Below, piece after piece: positions 47,760 through 61,590 of a DNA stretch of 64,000 bases. Source of the DNA: Scyliorhinus canicula (lineage: Eukaryota). The stretch is taken from NCBI RefSeq assembly GCF_902713615.1, contig NC_052157.1, forward strand, positions 130,491,425 through 130,555,424, written 5' to 3'. Numbering within the stretch: the first letter of the stretch is position 1; every line of letters starts with the position of its first letter. The position numbers and the translations under genes are program-made. The notes under the pieces were generated by a model, which saw only the letters and a program-made list of their open reading frames with translations, ran no database searches and was not told the DNA's origin.

Positions 47760-48402
47760 TGTCATGGGAATGTCCCTTTAAAAAAGGTTTTTGTCTGATC
47801 ACATGGCTTCAGTGATGTCATTTTGTGGGTGGAGCTGAGCTGTTTTTGGTTTCGCTTTCATGTTTGGCTGCTGTGGACTTAGACGAAGAACAGACGTGTT
47901 TTGGCCTGTATCTCTCTACTTTAACTTTAAATATCTGTTCCAGTAAAAATCACCTTGGTGGTGGCTTTAGATATAGTTTGCTTTCCGGAAGGGTTTACAC
48001 CCGCTGGTGAGATGGGGTCAGAATCTCAGGAGAAGGCAGTCTTATTCAAGTGAGAAAGCAGAGTGCTGGGCCATGCCCTGAAAAGGGGTTTTTGGGTTAT
48101 GGGATTTTATTTTTGAATTGGAACAGTTAAGGGGGAATTCATTAAGTGTTAGACATAAGTTACTACAGATGTGGGATGTCTTTATGTTTGTAATTGATAC
48201 AAATTCTTGCTGTGTGTTTCTATAAATGTTAACTAAGTTCTTAGAATAAATTTTATTTTGATTAAAGTGCCTAGGAAGGCTGTTGAATCACACCTGAAGG
48301 GAAGGCTCGTGTGCTCTCCCTAGCCAAATAAACAAAAATGTTATAGGTCAGGTGAACTCCATAACACACTTTGGAGTTTTTTTAAAACCCTGGCCCATAA
48401 TG
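47760..48402 (+). mobile_element. Solo LTR related to the Gmr1-type LTRs at 56277 and 61432
   Basis: tgtcatg start, shared agtgatgtca..gggtggagctg and ggtcaggtgaactc..cctggcccataa end; degenerate TSD gcgac/gggac. Confidence 0.8.
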
Positions 48403-48522
48403 GGGACCTTGGCATGCATGTACATCGGCCTCTTAAGGCAGCAGAGCAGGTAGGTAAAGTGATTGAGAAGGCATATAATATACTTGCCTTTATTAGTCAA
48501 GGCATAGAGTTTAAGAACAAGG

Positions 48523-48864
48523 AGGCAGCAGGGTAGCATGGTGGTTAGCATAAATGCTTCACAGCTCCAGGGTCCCAGGTTCGATTCCCGGCTGGGTCAC
48601 TGTCTGTGTGGAGTCTGCACGTCCTCCCCCTGTGTGCGTGGGTTTCCGCCGGGTGCTCCGGTTTCCTCCCACAGTCCAAAGATGTGCGGGTTAGGTGGAT
48701 TGGCCATGCTAAATTGCCCGTAGTGTCCTAATAAATGTAAGGTTAAGGGGGGGGTTGGGTTACGGGTATAGGGTGGATATGTGGGTTTGAGTAGGGTGAT
48801 CATGGCTCGGCACAACATTGAGGGCCGAAGGGCCTGTTCTGTGCTGTACTGTTCTATGTTCTAT
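48523..48864 (+). mobile_element. Young long-form V-SINE
   Basis: Near-identical to 28227-28572. Confidence 0.9.
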
Positions 48865-50276
48865 GAGGTTATTTTGAAACTGTATAAAACATAGGTTATG
48901 CCACAGCTAAAGTATTGTGTGCAGTTCTGGAATCCACATTATAGGAGGGGTGTGACAGCACTGGAAAGGGTGCAGAGGAGATTTACCAGGACTGGAGAGT
49001 TTTAGTTATGCAGAGAGGTTGGATAGACTTGGATTGTTTTCCTTGGAGAAGAGGAGATGGGGGTTATGATTGAGATATATAAAATTATGAGGGTCATAGA
49101 TAATGTAGACAGGAAGAAACGTTTCTCCTTGGTAGAGGGATCAATGACCATGGGACATAAATTTAAGGTTAGGGGCAAGAGGTTTAGAGGGGCTATGAGG
49201 AAAAGCATCCTCAAAAGGGTGTGGGAGACTGGAACTCGCTGCCTGCAAGGGTGGTGGAGGCAGAGACCCCCATAACATTTAAAAAGTATTTAGATGTGCA
49301 CTTGAGACAACAAGGCATATAAGGCTGTGGGCCAAGTGCTGGGAAATTGGATTAGAATAGTTTGGTGGTTGTTTTTGACCGGCACAGACTTGATGGGCTC
49401 AAAGGCCTTTACAGTGCTGTTTGACTTTAAGGGAATAGACAGGGAATAATCAAGGAGGAAAGGAAAGACCCGTACAATATTAAAATCCATTCGAATTCAT
49501 GGTAATCAGGTTCACGCCCAAATGGGGAATGAACCTGACACATTACTGGCAGAGAGAGCGGGGAAGATCTCAAACCGAGATCTCACCAGTGCAAATCCTG
49601 TTATGGCCCTCTCGTGAAATTTCGTACCTAATTCTTTTTTTCCAATTATGGGGCAATTTAGCATGACCAATTAATCTACCCTGCATATCTTCTTGGGTTG
49701 TGGGGGTGAGACCCATGCAGACAGGGGGAGAATGCAAACTCCACATGGAGAGCGACCTGGGGCCGGGATCGAACCCGGGTCCTCAGCGCCATGAGGCAGC
49801 AGTGCTAACCATTGTGCCACCATGATGCCCCCACTCGTGAAATTTAGCGGCCATAACGGGATTTTTGCCTGTGGCGAATGGACCCAAAAAATCACGCCCA
49901 TGGTTTCAGAAGCTCCAAAGTTCTCCAAACAAGGAGTCAGCTGAGACCATCCCGCAACACCAACAACGATCAATTTCAGGTGCGTCACTTCTGACAAACT
50001 TTGCCTTTCCAGAATCAGCTTGTTCAGCCGTCGAAAGAAGTACAGCAAACAATTTCATATGACATCACCGATGTTGAGTCTGCATTCACATCTCTGTTGC
50101 AGCTGGAAGAATGCCAATCTTGACAAATACGCTATTCTTCAACCAACACCCAATGACACATTTTTATCATCACAGAATTGTTACGACACAGGAGGCCCAT
50201 CGTGTCTGTACCGGATTGTTGTTTGCATCCTGCTGTGCAAATATTGGTTGCTGTATTACAAATGACTACAGTTCAT

Positions 50277-52740
50277 TGAAACATAGGAACAGGAGTAGGC
50301 CATTAAGCCCCTTGAGCCTGCTCTGCCATTCAATGAGATCATGGTTTATCAATGGCATAACTGTATATACCGGCCTTTGTTCCATATCCCTTAATACCTT
50401 AAAATTAACAAGTAATCTAGCATCAATTGTTTTTTTCTGGAAGAGAGTTCCAAATCTCTACCACCCTTTGAGTGTAGAAGTGCTTCCTAACATCTCTCCT
50501 GAATGGTCTGGCCCTAATTTTTAGACTATGCCCCTAGTTCTAAAATCTCCAACCAGTGGAAACTGTTAATCTTTATCAATCCTGCCTTTTCCCGTTAATA
50601 ATTTAAAGACTTTAATCCCATCACCTCTTAATCTTCTAAATTCTAGAGAAAACAGGCTAATTTGTTTAATATCTCCTCATAACTTAACCCCTGAAGTCCA
50701 AATATCATTCTTGTAAACCTACATCACACTCTCTCTAAGGCCAAAATATCCTTCCTAAGGTTCCCAGATCACAGTATTCAAAATGGGGTCTCACCAGGAT
50801 TTTGTAAAGCTGCAGCATAACCTCTGTGTCCTTATACTCCAGTCCTTCAAATATAAAGATCAGCATTCCATTAGCCTTCTTTATTACTTTCTGAATTTGT
50901 TCATGGCATTTTAATGATCTATGCACCTGAACCCCCAGGTCTCTTTGGACATTCGCTCAATTTAGCTTCATACCATCTGGAAAGTACCCCAATCTATCCT
51001 TTTTTTGGCCCAAAATGGATAACCTCACACCTGCTTACATTGAAACCCATCTGCCATTTTTGTAAGCCCTTTTAGTTTTATGCTGTCCCCTATCTCTTTA
51101 ATTATCCATGGCTGTTAGGGCAGCACAGTGGCCCAATGGTTAGCACTGCTGCCTATGGCGTTGAGGACTGAGGTTTGATCCCAGCCCTGGGTCACTGTCT
51201 GTGTGGAGTTTGCACATTCTCCCCATGTCTGCGTGGATTTCACCCACACAACCCAAAGATGTGCAGGTTAGGTGGATTGGCCACGCTAAATTGCCCCTTA
51301 ATTGGACAAAAATAATTGGGTACTCTAAATTTATTTCTATGTTTAATCCATGGCTGTTTTTTTCTGTGAAATTAAGCTTTTTCCTCTCAGGGGTACAAAC
51401 TGGTTCTGTATTGCATTAAATGTTTCTTTAAACATATTTCACTGCTCTTCAGTAGTTTTACCCATTAGCAGATTTTCCCAGATTACTGTGGACAGTCTCT
51501 CTCTGGGAGGCATGGTGGCACAGTGGTTAGCACTGCTACCTCACAGCTCCAGGGACCCGGATTCAATTCCGCTCTCGGGTGACTGTCTGTGTGGAGTTTG
51601 CGCGTTCTCCCTGTGTCTGTGTGGGTTTCCTCCGGGGGCTCCTGTTTTCTCCCACAGTCCAAAGAAGTGCGGGTTAGGTGGATTGGCCATGCTAAATTGC
51701 CCCTTAGTATGCAAAAAAAAGTTAGGAGGGGTTCTAGGAATAGGGTGGGGTGTGTGGCTTACGTATGGTGCTCTTTCCAAGGGCCATTGCAGACTCGATG
51801 GGCCGAATGGCCTCCTTCTGCACTTTAAATTCTATGATCTCATTCAAGTCGGCCTTACGTAAATCTAAAATTCCAGTAACTGATTTCTGCTTTTCACATT
51901 CAAACATTACATTGAACTCGGGCATGTTATGATCACTATTTGATTAATGTTTACACACAATTAGGTTATTAATTAAATCCGACTCATTACTAAATCCAAT
52001 ATTACTTGTCTCTTGTTGCATCCAGGACATACTGCTGTAGGAAATTATCCTTGACACACTCCAGAAATTCAATACTTTCTGACAGGTGCTTGATTGTGTC
52101 TCCCAACCCATGTTAAAGTTAAAATTCCCCATTAATACTACTTTGCCTTTACGACACACTTGGCTCATTTCTGCATTTATACAAACTAGTTAGGACTTCC
52201 GAGTTGCTACCGGGGGTCTATAGACAACACCTATTAGAGTTCTAGATATTTTTCTGTTTCTCAGTTCCACCCACAAGATATCTACTGGCTGCTTTCCCTT
52301 AATTTTATCCTCTCACCAATTAATGAATTGTTTCTAATTAGTAAGGCTACCCCCCCCCCCCGCCCCCTCCGCCAGACCTCCATTTTCCCCATCTGTCCTG
52401 TAAATCTTACAATCCTGCATATTAAGTTCCCAGTTCTGACCATCCACAGCCACGTCTCAGTGATGGTTACTATATCATTTGATTTGTGCAGCTCCAATTT
52501 ATTCCTTACATTCTGTGCATTTGTATGTAGAACTCTTATGTGGGCCATAGTCTTGAACCTGCCTCTCAGCACAGATGCTTTATTCACCTGTTTACTATTT
52601 CTCTCTTCTGGTTTAAACAATATACTTATTAGTTTTGACATTACCTGCCATACCTTAAGTAGGATTCCTGACTGTTTCTTTACTCTTTGTCCTGTGACTT
52701 GTTTTTTGAAACGGTCTAGAAAAAGAAACAAGCACCTCGC
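50277..52740 (-). mobile_element. CR1 LINE (endonuclease and RT fragments) with nested SINEs (51118-51340, TSD atccatggctgtt; 51504-51838)
   Basis: HTNAQNVRNKL..DIVTITETWL; VLMGNFNF; KKANGML.FI..LEYKDTEVMLQLYKILVRPH. Confidence 0.85.
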
Positions 52741-52756
52741 TCCCTCCTTACCAAAG

Positions 52757-53373
52757 TCCCTCAGTCACCAAACACCCAACTTCAAAACCCTACTGCAACC
52801 CACCCCCCCCCATCAAACTCCCTCAGTCACCAAACTCCCCTCAGCACCCTACTGCAACCCCCCTCACCAAACTCCCTCAGTCACCAAACTCCCCTCAGTA
52901 CCCTACTGCAACCCCCCTCACCAAACTCCCTCAGCCACCAAACACCCAACCTCAGCATCCTACTGCAACCCCCCCTCACCAAACTCCCTCAGCCCACCAC
53001 ACTCCCAACCTCAGCACCCTGCTGCAGCCCCCCCTCACCAAACTCCCTCAGCCCACCACACTCCCAACCTCAGCATCCTACTGCAACCCCCCCTCACCAA
53101 ACTCCCTCAGCCCACCACACTCCCAACCTCAGCATCCTACTGCAACCCCCCCTCACCAAACTCCCTCAGCCCACCACACTCCCAACCTCAGCACCCTGCT
53201 GCAGCCCCCCCTCACCAAACTCCCTCAGTCACCAAACTCCCAACCTCAGTACCCTACTGCAACCCCCCTCAGCCACCAAACACCCAACCTCAGCATCCTA
53301 CTGCAACCCCCCCCTCACTCACCAAACTCCCTCAGCCCACCACACTCCCAACCTCAGCACCCTGCTGCAGCCC
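52757..53373. repeat. C/A-rich minisatellite, ~59-bp unit
   Basis: ccccctcaccaaactccctcagcccaccacactcccaacctcagcatcctactgcaacc recurring at 52971, 53030 and 53089. Confidence 0.92.
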
Positions 53374-53499
53374 AAGGCGGTACTCCCAGCCCAGATCTGG
53401 TTCAGGGCCACCTGAACTTCAGGATGCCCTGTGCCAGTGAACCAATCTTTCCTCTTACGCACTCCAGACAAGGAGGTTTATTGGCACCAATTGGGGGGG

Positions 53500-54680
53500 G
53501 GGGGGGGGCTTCCTGCGGCCTCCTCAAGCAGGGTTGGTCGACAGGGATTATTATTATTTGGTGTGGGCCGACCGGATGACAAGGCTGGATGGAGCCTGCG
53601 CAAGGGAGGGAGTGGGCGAGCGTGCTCGTGCGTGCGCGGCTCCCTCCCCTCGGTCAGGCTGGTCGGAACTACTTTCAGCAGTGGGAGGAGGGTGGCGGAT
53701 GTTGAATCTGTCGCCACGTCCCTGCCCCGCCCCCCCCCCCCCTCCCTTTTGCCCGCGGCGGGGGGGGGAGGGAAGGCGGAAAACTGCCTGCTCAACAGTA
53801 GAGCGTTAATATAAATACACGCACGCGCATCAGACAATCGTCGCGCGCGAGAGGAATGTGAATCGGGAGCGTGAAAGGCGGCGGGCGGAGGGTCTGACTG
53901 AGGCGGGAGGAAGGCGTCGCCCAGGGCGGGGGTGGGGGGGGGGCATTAAAAGGGAAGGACCTATTTTCTCGGGGCGGATGGCGGCGGCGCTGTGGCTGTG
54001 ACGCGCTCCATTTTTATTCGAATATTTTGGTGGAGGCAGAGGGAGAGGGAGCTGAGTTTGCGGAGAGAGAGAGGGGAGTCAACGCCTTGTCCCGGCCCGA
54101 GTTGCAGCGCCATTCCCCCACCGACTGGAAGCCGCCCTTCGACAGGCCCTCCTCCCCGATCGCCATCAGCTGTTTAAATTCAATCGGAGCGGGAGGATTT
54201 GGCCGCAGCCCCGCGGGGGGAGGGTCAGTCAGTCAGTCAGTCAGTCAGTGGCGGTTGGTGCTGTCAGCCTCTTCCTTCCCCCCCGTCCCTCTCTCCCTCC
54301 CTCGGTGTTGACATGGCGCGACTGGTGGCCGTTTGCAGAGACGGCGAGGAAGAGTTTCCCTTCGAGAAGCGGCAGATCCCGCTCTACATCGATGACACCC
54401 TGACGGTGAGTGGGGAGCCGCCCGCGTTGGGTGGGCTGGGTTGGGCAAAGGCCAGGCCGCGGGGCCCGGCCGACTACCTCCAAGCGGGGGCCTTCGGGCT
54501 TTCCTACCGCCTCTCTCGCACTAGGCCCCTGGCGTCTGAGCGCAGTCGCACTTCTCTTTCCCTCCTTGAGGGCACGGTGGGGGCAGCAGCAGCCCCTGGG
54601 CCCACTAGGCCCGGCGCCTGCAGTGAAATGTCGCCTCTGTCTCTCGGCTCAGCCTGCCCTTTTCTCCGCTCGGGCCTCCC
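53500..54680 (+). promoter_or_regulatory. CpG-island promoter/5'UTR of GGNBP2
   Basis: Dense CpG, GC boxes, YY1-like CCATTTT near 54008, (cagt)n at 54226-54249. Confidence 0.8.
54313..54405 (+). CDS. GGNBP2: First coding exon of gametogenetin-binding protein 2 (ZNF403); gene continues beyond the window
   Basis: MARLVAVCRDGEEEFPFEKRQIPLYIDDTLT is nearly identical to the vertebrate GGNBP2 N-terminus; 93 nt then ACG|GTGAGT donor; syntenic with PIGW. Confidence 0.96.
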
Positions 54681-56841
54681 AACTTACTAAGTTCTGAAGT
54701 GCGCCAATTTATCCTGTATTTAAAAATAAAATAAAAAAATTCCCAAGTTCAAATACAGATTTTTGCACAAATGCAGATTGTTACATCATCCCTTTCTAAT
54801 GTAAAAAAAATATGAATTCGCTCAATTCCACTCTTGTGTATGAGATGACCAGATTTGTTTTGCATTCTGGTTTAACTTTTTAAAGCACGGTGTTTTCAGA
54901 TATCGCTTTTTTTTTGGTTTTCCGCCTTCAAAATTTCAATTTCCCAGTACACATATTTTCGGATTGCGTTTCTGCCTCCTGCATAATGATATTTGAGTGG
55001 GACAGAATTGCCTTGTTAAAAAAAAAAAATTGCCGCGTTAGATGCCATTAAATTGGAGTTTACAAATATGTGATTGTGTGGAATTATTTTAGTTGAATTT
55101 ACATGAGGTAAGATTATGCAAATTATTTGGTCAGGGCAACTACTTGTACTCATTTTGGCTAACCTTGTACCATTTATATGCAATATGCCATACAGATTTA
55201 GTGTATTGTGCCAACAGATCGTTAAAGGGTATTCGTGGTCTTCCAAGCCTTTTCTCTCCTTTCAAAAGTATTATGTCAAATTGGGTTTTCTAAACTTGCT
55301 TTGAGAGTGATGGCAGGGTATTTGATTATGGAGGCTATCACAGCTGAAATTGACTATTGTCAAGTACATTCAGTTTCCATCCAAATGGCTGGATAATGGT
55401 GCGATGGGTTACCATTTCACCCCTTCTGCTGCCTTCCCTGACAGAAAATATTAACTCTGGCTAGTTGTGATCCCTGAGTGCTAGTTCAATAATTACTGTC
55501 GGTCACCCGCCCCTCTAGTTTGCATGTCTTGGAATGTGCTTGATGTCTTGATGTGCGAGGGAAGAGAGGTACAAACCATTTTCTGAAGAAACACCTCACT
55601 TTTTAGAATTTTTGTTATATATTACAGTATTGTTGGCTGAAAAATAAATGAATGATTGCTTTATTTCACAGGTGTGCACAATACCGTTGTCATCTATTCC
55701 TGATATTCCTTTTAGTTTGATTTGCTGCATAACTTCACACTTGGCAAACCTTCAAACCTATGACATGTATAGATTTACGCGGTTAAGGTGATGGCGTAAA
55801 TTATCACAATGAATGCATATACAGAATGATTCAGAAGTGTTAATCAATATGCTTTTTTAATTCTTTAATGAGAAATGGACATTGCTGGCTACGCCAGCAT
55901 TTACTAACCCAGAGAATGTGGCAATGTGTTACCTTCATGCAGTCCAGGTGCTGTTAGGAGGAGAGTTTAGGATTTTGACCGAGTGGCAGTGAAGAATGGT
56001 TTTGTTGTATGGTGGTGACTTGGAGAAGCACTTGTGTTCTCATGTACCTGCTGTCACCATGTCCTTCTATGTGAAGAGGTTGTCGGTTTTCAAAGTTGTG
56101 TTGAAAGAACCTTGGTGAGTTGCTGCAATGCATCTGATAAATGGTGCACACTGCTGCCACTGTCAGTGGTGGAGGGAGTGAACGTTTAATGTGGTGGATG
56201 GGGTCCTAACCAAGTGGGCTGCTTTGCCCTGGATGATATTGAGCTTCTTGTGTTGGAGCTGCACTTTTGGGCAAGTTGTCATGAGTACCTTTAAGAAATG
56301 GGTGTTTATCAGTGATGTCAGTGTGGGTGGAGCTGGGCTGTATCAGTTTTTTTACTTTTGTTTTAGGCTGTTTGCTGCAGGTTTGTTTGGTTTTCAGAGT
56401 TGGAGCTGAAGCCAGACAAAGCAGCTGTACTGCTGTTCTCTCTGCCATAAAAAGACTATCTCTTAATCATTTGGTGAATTCAGAATTATAAATATTCTCC
56501 ATAGTGAATGTAAACCTAATGTGCTTCTGTTAAAAGGTGTTTCTTTTGTCTTTTGGATGTTGTTTGGGAAGTTGTTATTAAGGATTACTTGGTGTTGTAT
56601 TCTTTGGGGGTTGTATTTGATTTGATGGTTGCTAAGATGTTCACTGTTTTAAAAATGTCAACTTGAGTATATAGAATAACCATTGTTTTGCTTTTTAAAA
56701 AAAAAACAAACTTCCATTTCTGCTGTACCACACCTGTAGAGTGGGCTGTGTGCTCCCCATACCATAAGCTATTAAAAGTTGTGGGTCAGGTGAACTCAAT
56801 GATGCGCTTTAGGGTTCTCTAGACCCTGGCCCATAATAAAT

Positions 56842-56859
56842 TGGGGGCTCGAGGGGGAT
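56842..56859 (+). promoter_or_regulatory. Primer-binding site, tRNA-Pro type
   Basis: TGGGGGCTCGAGGGGGAT versus canonical TGGGGGCTCGTCCGGGAT, 3 nt after the LTR end. Confidence 0.8.
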
Positions 56860-59800
56860 AAAAGTCTGTCTATCGGATTGGCTTAGTGAACTTAAAGACA
56901 GTGAGGGGTGAGCATATTGTGGTTGCATTTCAGGTGTGGTATCCTAGTTTAAGTGGGGAGTGTCTTGTGGACAATGGCTCTTTCACAGGCTCTGAAGTTT
57001 TTTGGGGGTGGAGACGGTCACACAAAGTACCTTACAGACTGTTAGATTTGGCAAAAACATTGCAGTTAAAATTACCTGACAATGCGAAAGGATGAGGTAA
57101 TTATAGCGGTGGCTAAGCATTTAAAGTTGCACGAGATATAGTTTTGACTCATTGGAAATGGCAAAAATTCAGTTACAAATTAAACAAATGGAATATGAGA
57201 GAGAATTAAAGCAGCTTGAATACGAAAGAGAGGAAAAAGAAAGAGATAGAGGAAAAAGAAAAGGAGAAAAAAAGAATAGCCCGAGCAGGAGGAAAGAAAT
57301 AAATAGCCCTAGCATAGCAGAACATAGCAGAAAGGGAGATACAGATCAGTGGAAAAGATAAAGAGAGAGTTTGAATTTCAGAAAATGTCAGTTAAAATTG
57401 GCAGACGTAAAGTTGGATGATAGTGATGAGGAAGTGATGAGGATAGTGAGAAAGAGCATCATAGTCGAAGGCTTGGTGGGGATCTATTTAAATATGTCCA
57501 AGCATTGCCAAGGTTTGACGAGAAGGAGGTAGAAGGCTTTTTCATTTCATTTGAGAAGACAGCTGAACAAATGAAATGGCCACAGGGCATGTGGGTTTTA
57601 CTGATTCTAACAAAACTGATGGGTAGGGCTAGTGAAGTGTTTGCATCACTACTGGAGGAGGTATCTGGGACTTATGAGGAGGTGAAAAAATCCATTTTAG
57701 GTGCATGTGAACGAGTGCCTACAGACACAGGTTTAGAAACCTTTAAGGAAAGAATTTGGTCAAACCCACATGGAGTTTGAAAGGATCAAACAGAGCAATT
57801 TTGATAGGTGTTAAGGGCTTTGAAAATAGACCAAACGTATGAAGCTCTCAGAGAAATTATGTTTTTGGAGGAGTTTTTTAAAAACTCAATTCGTTATGTA
57901 GTGAGAACTCGTGTGGAAGAGCAGAGGGTTAAGACCTCTGAGGTTAGCAGCAGACATGGCAGATGATTATGAATTTGTTTATAAAGCTTGGTTTCCAACA
58001 TCAGTTTCAGCCTGTGAGGGATAGAAACTGGGGACATGAGAAATACTCGAGTGGTAAAAGTAAAGGTGATCTGATGGGAGATAATAAGGAGTGTACCTCA
58101 AATTAAAAAAGAAATCCAGGAGGGTGGAAGGGACATGAAAAGTTTCAAATGTTTTCACTGTAATAAACTAGGGCATGTAAAGTCAGTGTTGGTGGTTGAA
58201 GAAAAACACTGGGAAGGCTGATGTGGTAAAACAGAAAAGCCCAAGAGAAGTGAAGGAGGTGCAAACGATTGTACAGCCTGATCAAGAGGTGATAAGAAGG
58301 TGCCAGATCTCTTTAAAGAATTTACTTCTGTGGGTAAAGTTTACTCGTGTATCAGGAGAAGCAGGTAAAGAAGTCACAATTTTAAGAGATACAGGAGCTA
58401 GTAAATCTTTAATGGTATGAGATGAGGAGTTGTGTAGCTTGGTAAGAATGTTGCCAGAAAAGGTGGTAATATGTGGAATTCAGGGTGAGGGGAGTTGTGT
58501 TCCATAATACAAGGCAAGGTTGGAAAGTCCAGTGAAGAGTGGTGAAGTGATAGTAGGCGTAATGGAGAAACTATCTTGTCCAGAAATACAGATTATCTTG
58601 GGTAATATAGCTGGAGCGCAGGTGGGAGTTGCGCCTACTGTAGTTGATAAGCCTGCGGAAAATCAGACAACTGAAGTGTTGAAGGACGAATATCCTGGGA
58701 TTTTTCCGGATTATGTAGTAACAAGGTTGCAAAGTCACAGGCTAAGACTAGGAGAAATCAAAGAGTGAAGATGAAGTGCAGTTATCGCAAATTACTTTTG
58801 ATCAGATGGTTGAAAAAGAACAACAACAGGTGGAGGATGAGGCGGATACTTTTAGTTCAGGAAAATTGGCGGAGTTACAACAAGATGTAGAAATAAAATG
58901 GAAGTGGAATCTGAGTGTATACCAGAATGTTATTACCCTAAAAGTGATGTCTTGATGAGAAAAGGGAGACCTTTACATATGCAGGTGGATGAAAAGTGGG
59001 CAGAAGTTCATCAAGTAGAATTGCCGGTAGGGTATAGAAAGGAGGTTGCGAGTTGCACATGAGGTACCAGTGGGAGGTCATTTGGGAATAGGGGAAACTC
59101 AAGCTAAAATCCAGAAACATTTTTATTGGCCTGGGCTACATAAAAATGTCGTTAAATTTTGTTAATCATATCACACATGTCAAGTAATAGGGAAATCGCA
59201 AGCAGTGATAAAACCAGCGCCCTTAATACCCATTCCAGCATTTGAGGAACCTTTTACAAGGGTCCTAATTGATTGTGTAGGAGCGTTTCTTAAAACAAAA
59301 AGTGGAAATCCATATCTTTTGACTATAATGGATGTCTACTAGGTTTTCAGAGGCCATTCCAGTACGTAATATTACAGCTAAAACGATTGTGGAGGAGTTA
59401 CTTAAATTCTTTACTAGATATGAACTACCCAGAGATATACAATCGGATCAAGGATCAAATTTTACCTCCCGGTTATTCAAAAGAAGTTATGGATAGTTTA
59501 GGAATAAAACAATTTAAATCCAGAATCGCAAGGAGCGTTAGAAAGGTGGCATAAGACATTAAAGACAATGTTGAGGGTGTATTGTCAAGATTATCCATAG
59601 GATTGGGATAAAGGAATTCCATTCGTACTGTTTGCAATTAGGGATGCACCAAATGAGTAAAATTTAGTCCTTTTGAACTAATTTTAGGTCATGAGGTAAG
59701 AGGACCACTTAAATTGATTTAAGGAAAAATTGGTGAGTGAGAACTCAACTTGCATTATTGACATTATTGGATTATGTGTCAAATTTTATGGAACGATTAA

Positions 59801-61590
59801 ATAGAGCCGGTGAATTGGCTAGACAACATTTAAAAGTTGCGCAAAATGTGGTGAAACGGGTAGCGGACAAGAAATCCAAAGTTCGTAGTTTTGCCTGTGG
59901 AGATAAATTTTAGTACTGTTACCAGTGGTAGGTGAACCTTTAAAAGCTAGGTTTTGTGGACCGTATCAGATTGAAAGGAAATTTAAGTGAGGTGAATTAT
60001 GTGATTAAAAACGCCGGATAGAAGGAGAACTGTCATGTGAATATGCTTTAAAGGGGAAGGAGAGAAGAGGAGGATGTTTTAATGATTCTAACTCATTTAC
60101 GAACCAGTGATGAACCAAATCCAGATGACTGTGAATTTGACATTCCTCAAATTAAATTGGAAAACTAGGATATTCATAAAAATTGGGATAAATTGTTGAG
60201 TTACCTTCCAGAGTAAAAACGGACTGACCTGAAAGAGTCATTGATATCACATGGGCAAGTTTGTAGAGAAACATTGGGAAGTACTAAAATGGCTATACAC
60301 GATGTAGATGTGGAAAATGCTGTTCCAATCAAACAACATCCATATAGACTTAACCCGTGCCAATTTTAAAGGGTTAACAAAGAGATTGAGAGTATGCTTA
60401 AAAATGGCATAATTGAAGTGGGTTTCGGCCAACTGAGCTCACCTATAGTGATGGTACCAAAACCAGACGGTACCCAACGGTTGTGTGTGGACTATAGAAA
60501 GGTTAATGCAGTTACAAGAACTGACTCATCCTATCCCACTTTTGGAGGATTGCATTGAGAAAGTGGGACAATCCGTTTCTATTTCCAAACTGGATTTACT
60601 TGAAGGTTACTGGCAGGTACCTTTTATCTGAAAGGGCGAAGTAGATTTGAGCTTTTGTGACTCCAGATGGTATGTATCAATTCAAAGTTATGCCATTTGG
60701 CATGAAAAACGCCACAGCCACATTTCAACGGTTAACTAACAATCGTTTCAGGATTACCCAATTGTGCGGTATACATCAACGATCTGGTATTTTCAGCCAG
60801 ACATGGACAGAACATTTGAAACATCTGATGGAGTTATTCGATCGACTTCAGGAGGCTGGTTTGGTGATAAACCTAGCCAAAAGTGACTTTAGAAAAGCCC
60901 AAGTCACTTTCCTTGGCCATACAATCGGACAGGGTCCAATGGGCACACGGGATGGTTATTGAGGAGTTTTCAATACCCTCAAGACGAAGGGAAATAAATG
61001 CAATTTCTTGGCAAGAGTGGATTTGATCGAACATTTGTGAACTTTTTGTAGCGTGGTTGCTCCACTGATAGACTTGCTGAAGAAACGGCGGAAATTTCAG
61101 TGGACAGCGGACTTTCAACAGGCATTTGACTGCCTGAAAGCTGTGATAACCAATGCTTCACATTGAACTGAAGTATCTGACTTTAAAGAGAAATGCCATG
61201 GCGTAGAGAAATGGACGATCGTGCAGAGACCTTCTTGTTCCAAGAGACTGTCAGTCGAGAAGGATTCCAGTTGGAGAAAGAAAATGGACTATATTATCCT
61301 TAATTGCGTGTGTTGTTTTTTGAAACGGAAAAAGTATATTTACTGTCTGCATTTCTTAAAGGATAGTGAAAGTTGAAACTGAAACCATCTTGAAGTTGGT
61401 GGTTTATTTTTTTCTGGGGGGGGGGGGAAGATGTCATGTGAGAGTACCTTTAAGAAATGGGTGTTTTTCAGTGATGTCAGTGAAGGTGGATCTGGGCTGT
61501 CTGTCAGCTTTTTGCTTTCGTTTTAGGCTGTTTGCTGCAGGGTGTTTTTGTTTCGTTTTCAGAGTTGGAGCTGGAGACAAAGCAGCTGTA

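Larger units (their letters stand above)
47597..49430 (+). mobile_element. CR1 LINE 3' portion interrupted by a solo LTR and a SINE
   Basis: WQMEFNPDR.EV.HLGR..; LYKT.V.PQL.YCVQFWNPHY; GHKFKVRGKRFRG. Confidence 0.85.

Noticed and set aside
52328-53440. 370-aa ORF upstream of GGNBP2
   Set aside because: Antisense CR1 fused to a minisatellite; no ATG start or recognisable domain
54406-54690. Continuation of the GGNBP2 ORF past DDTLT
   Set aside because: Read-through into the intron after the GTGAGT donor; homology stops there
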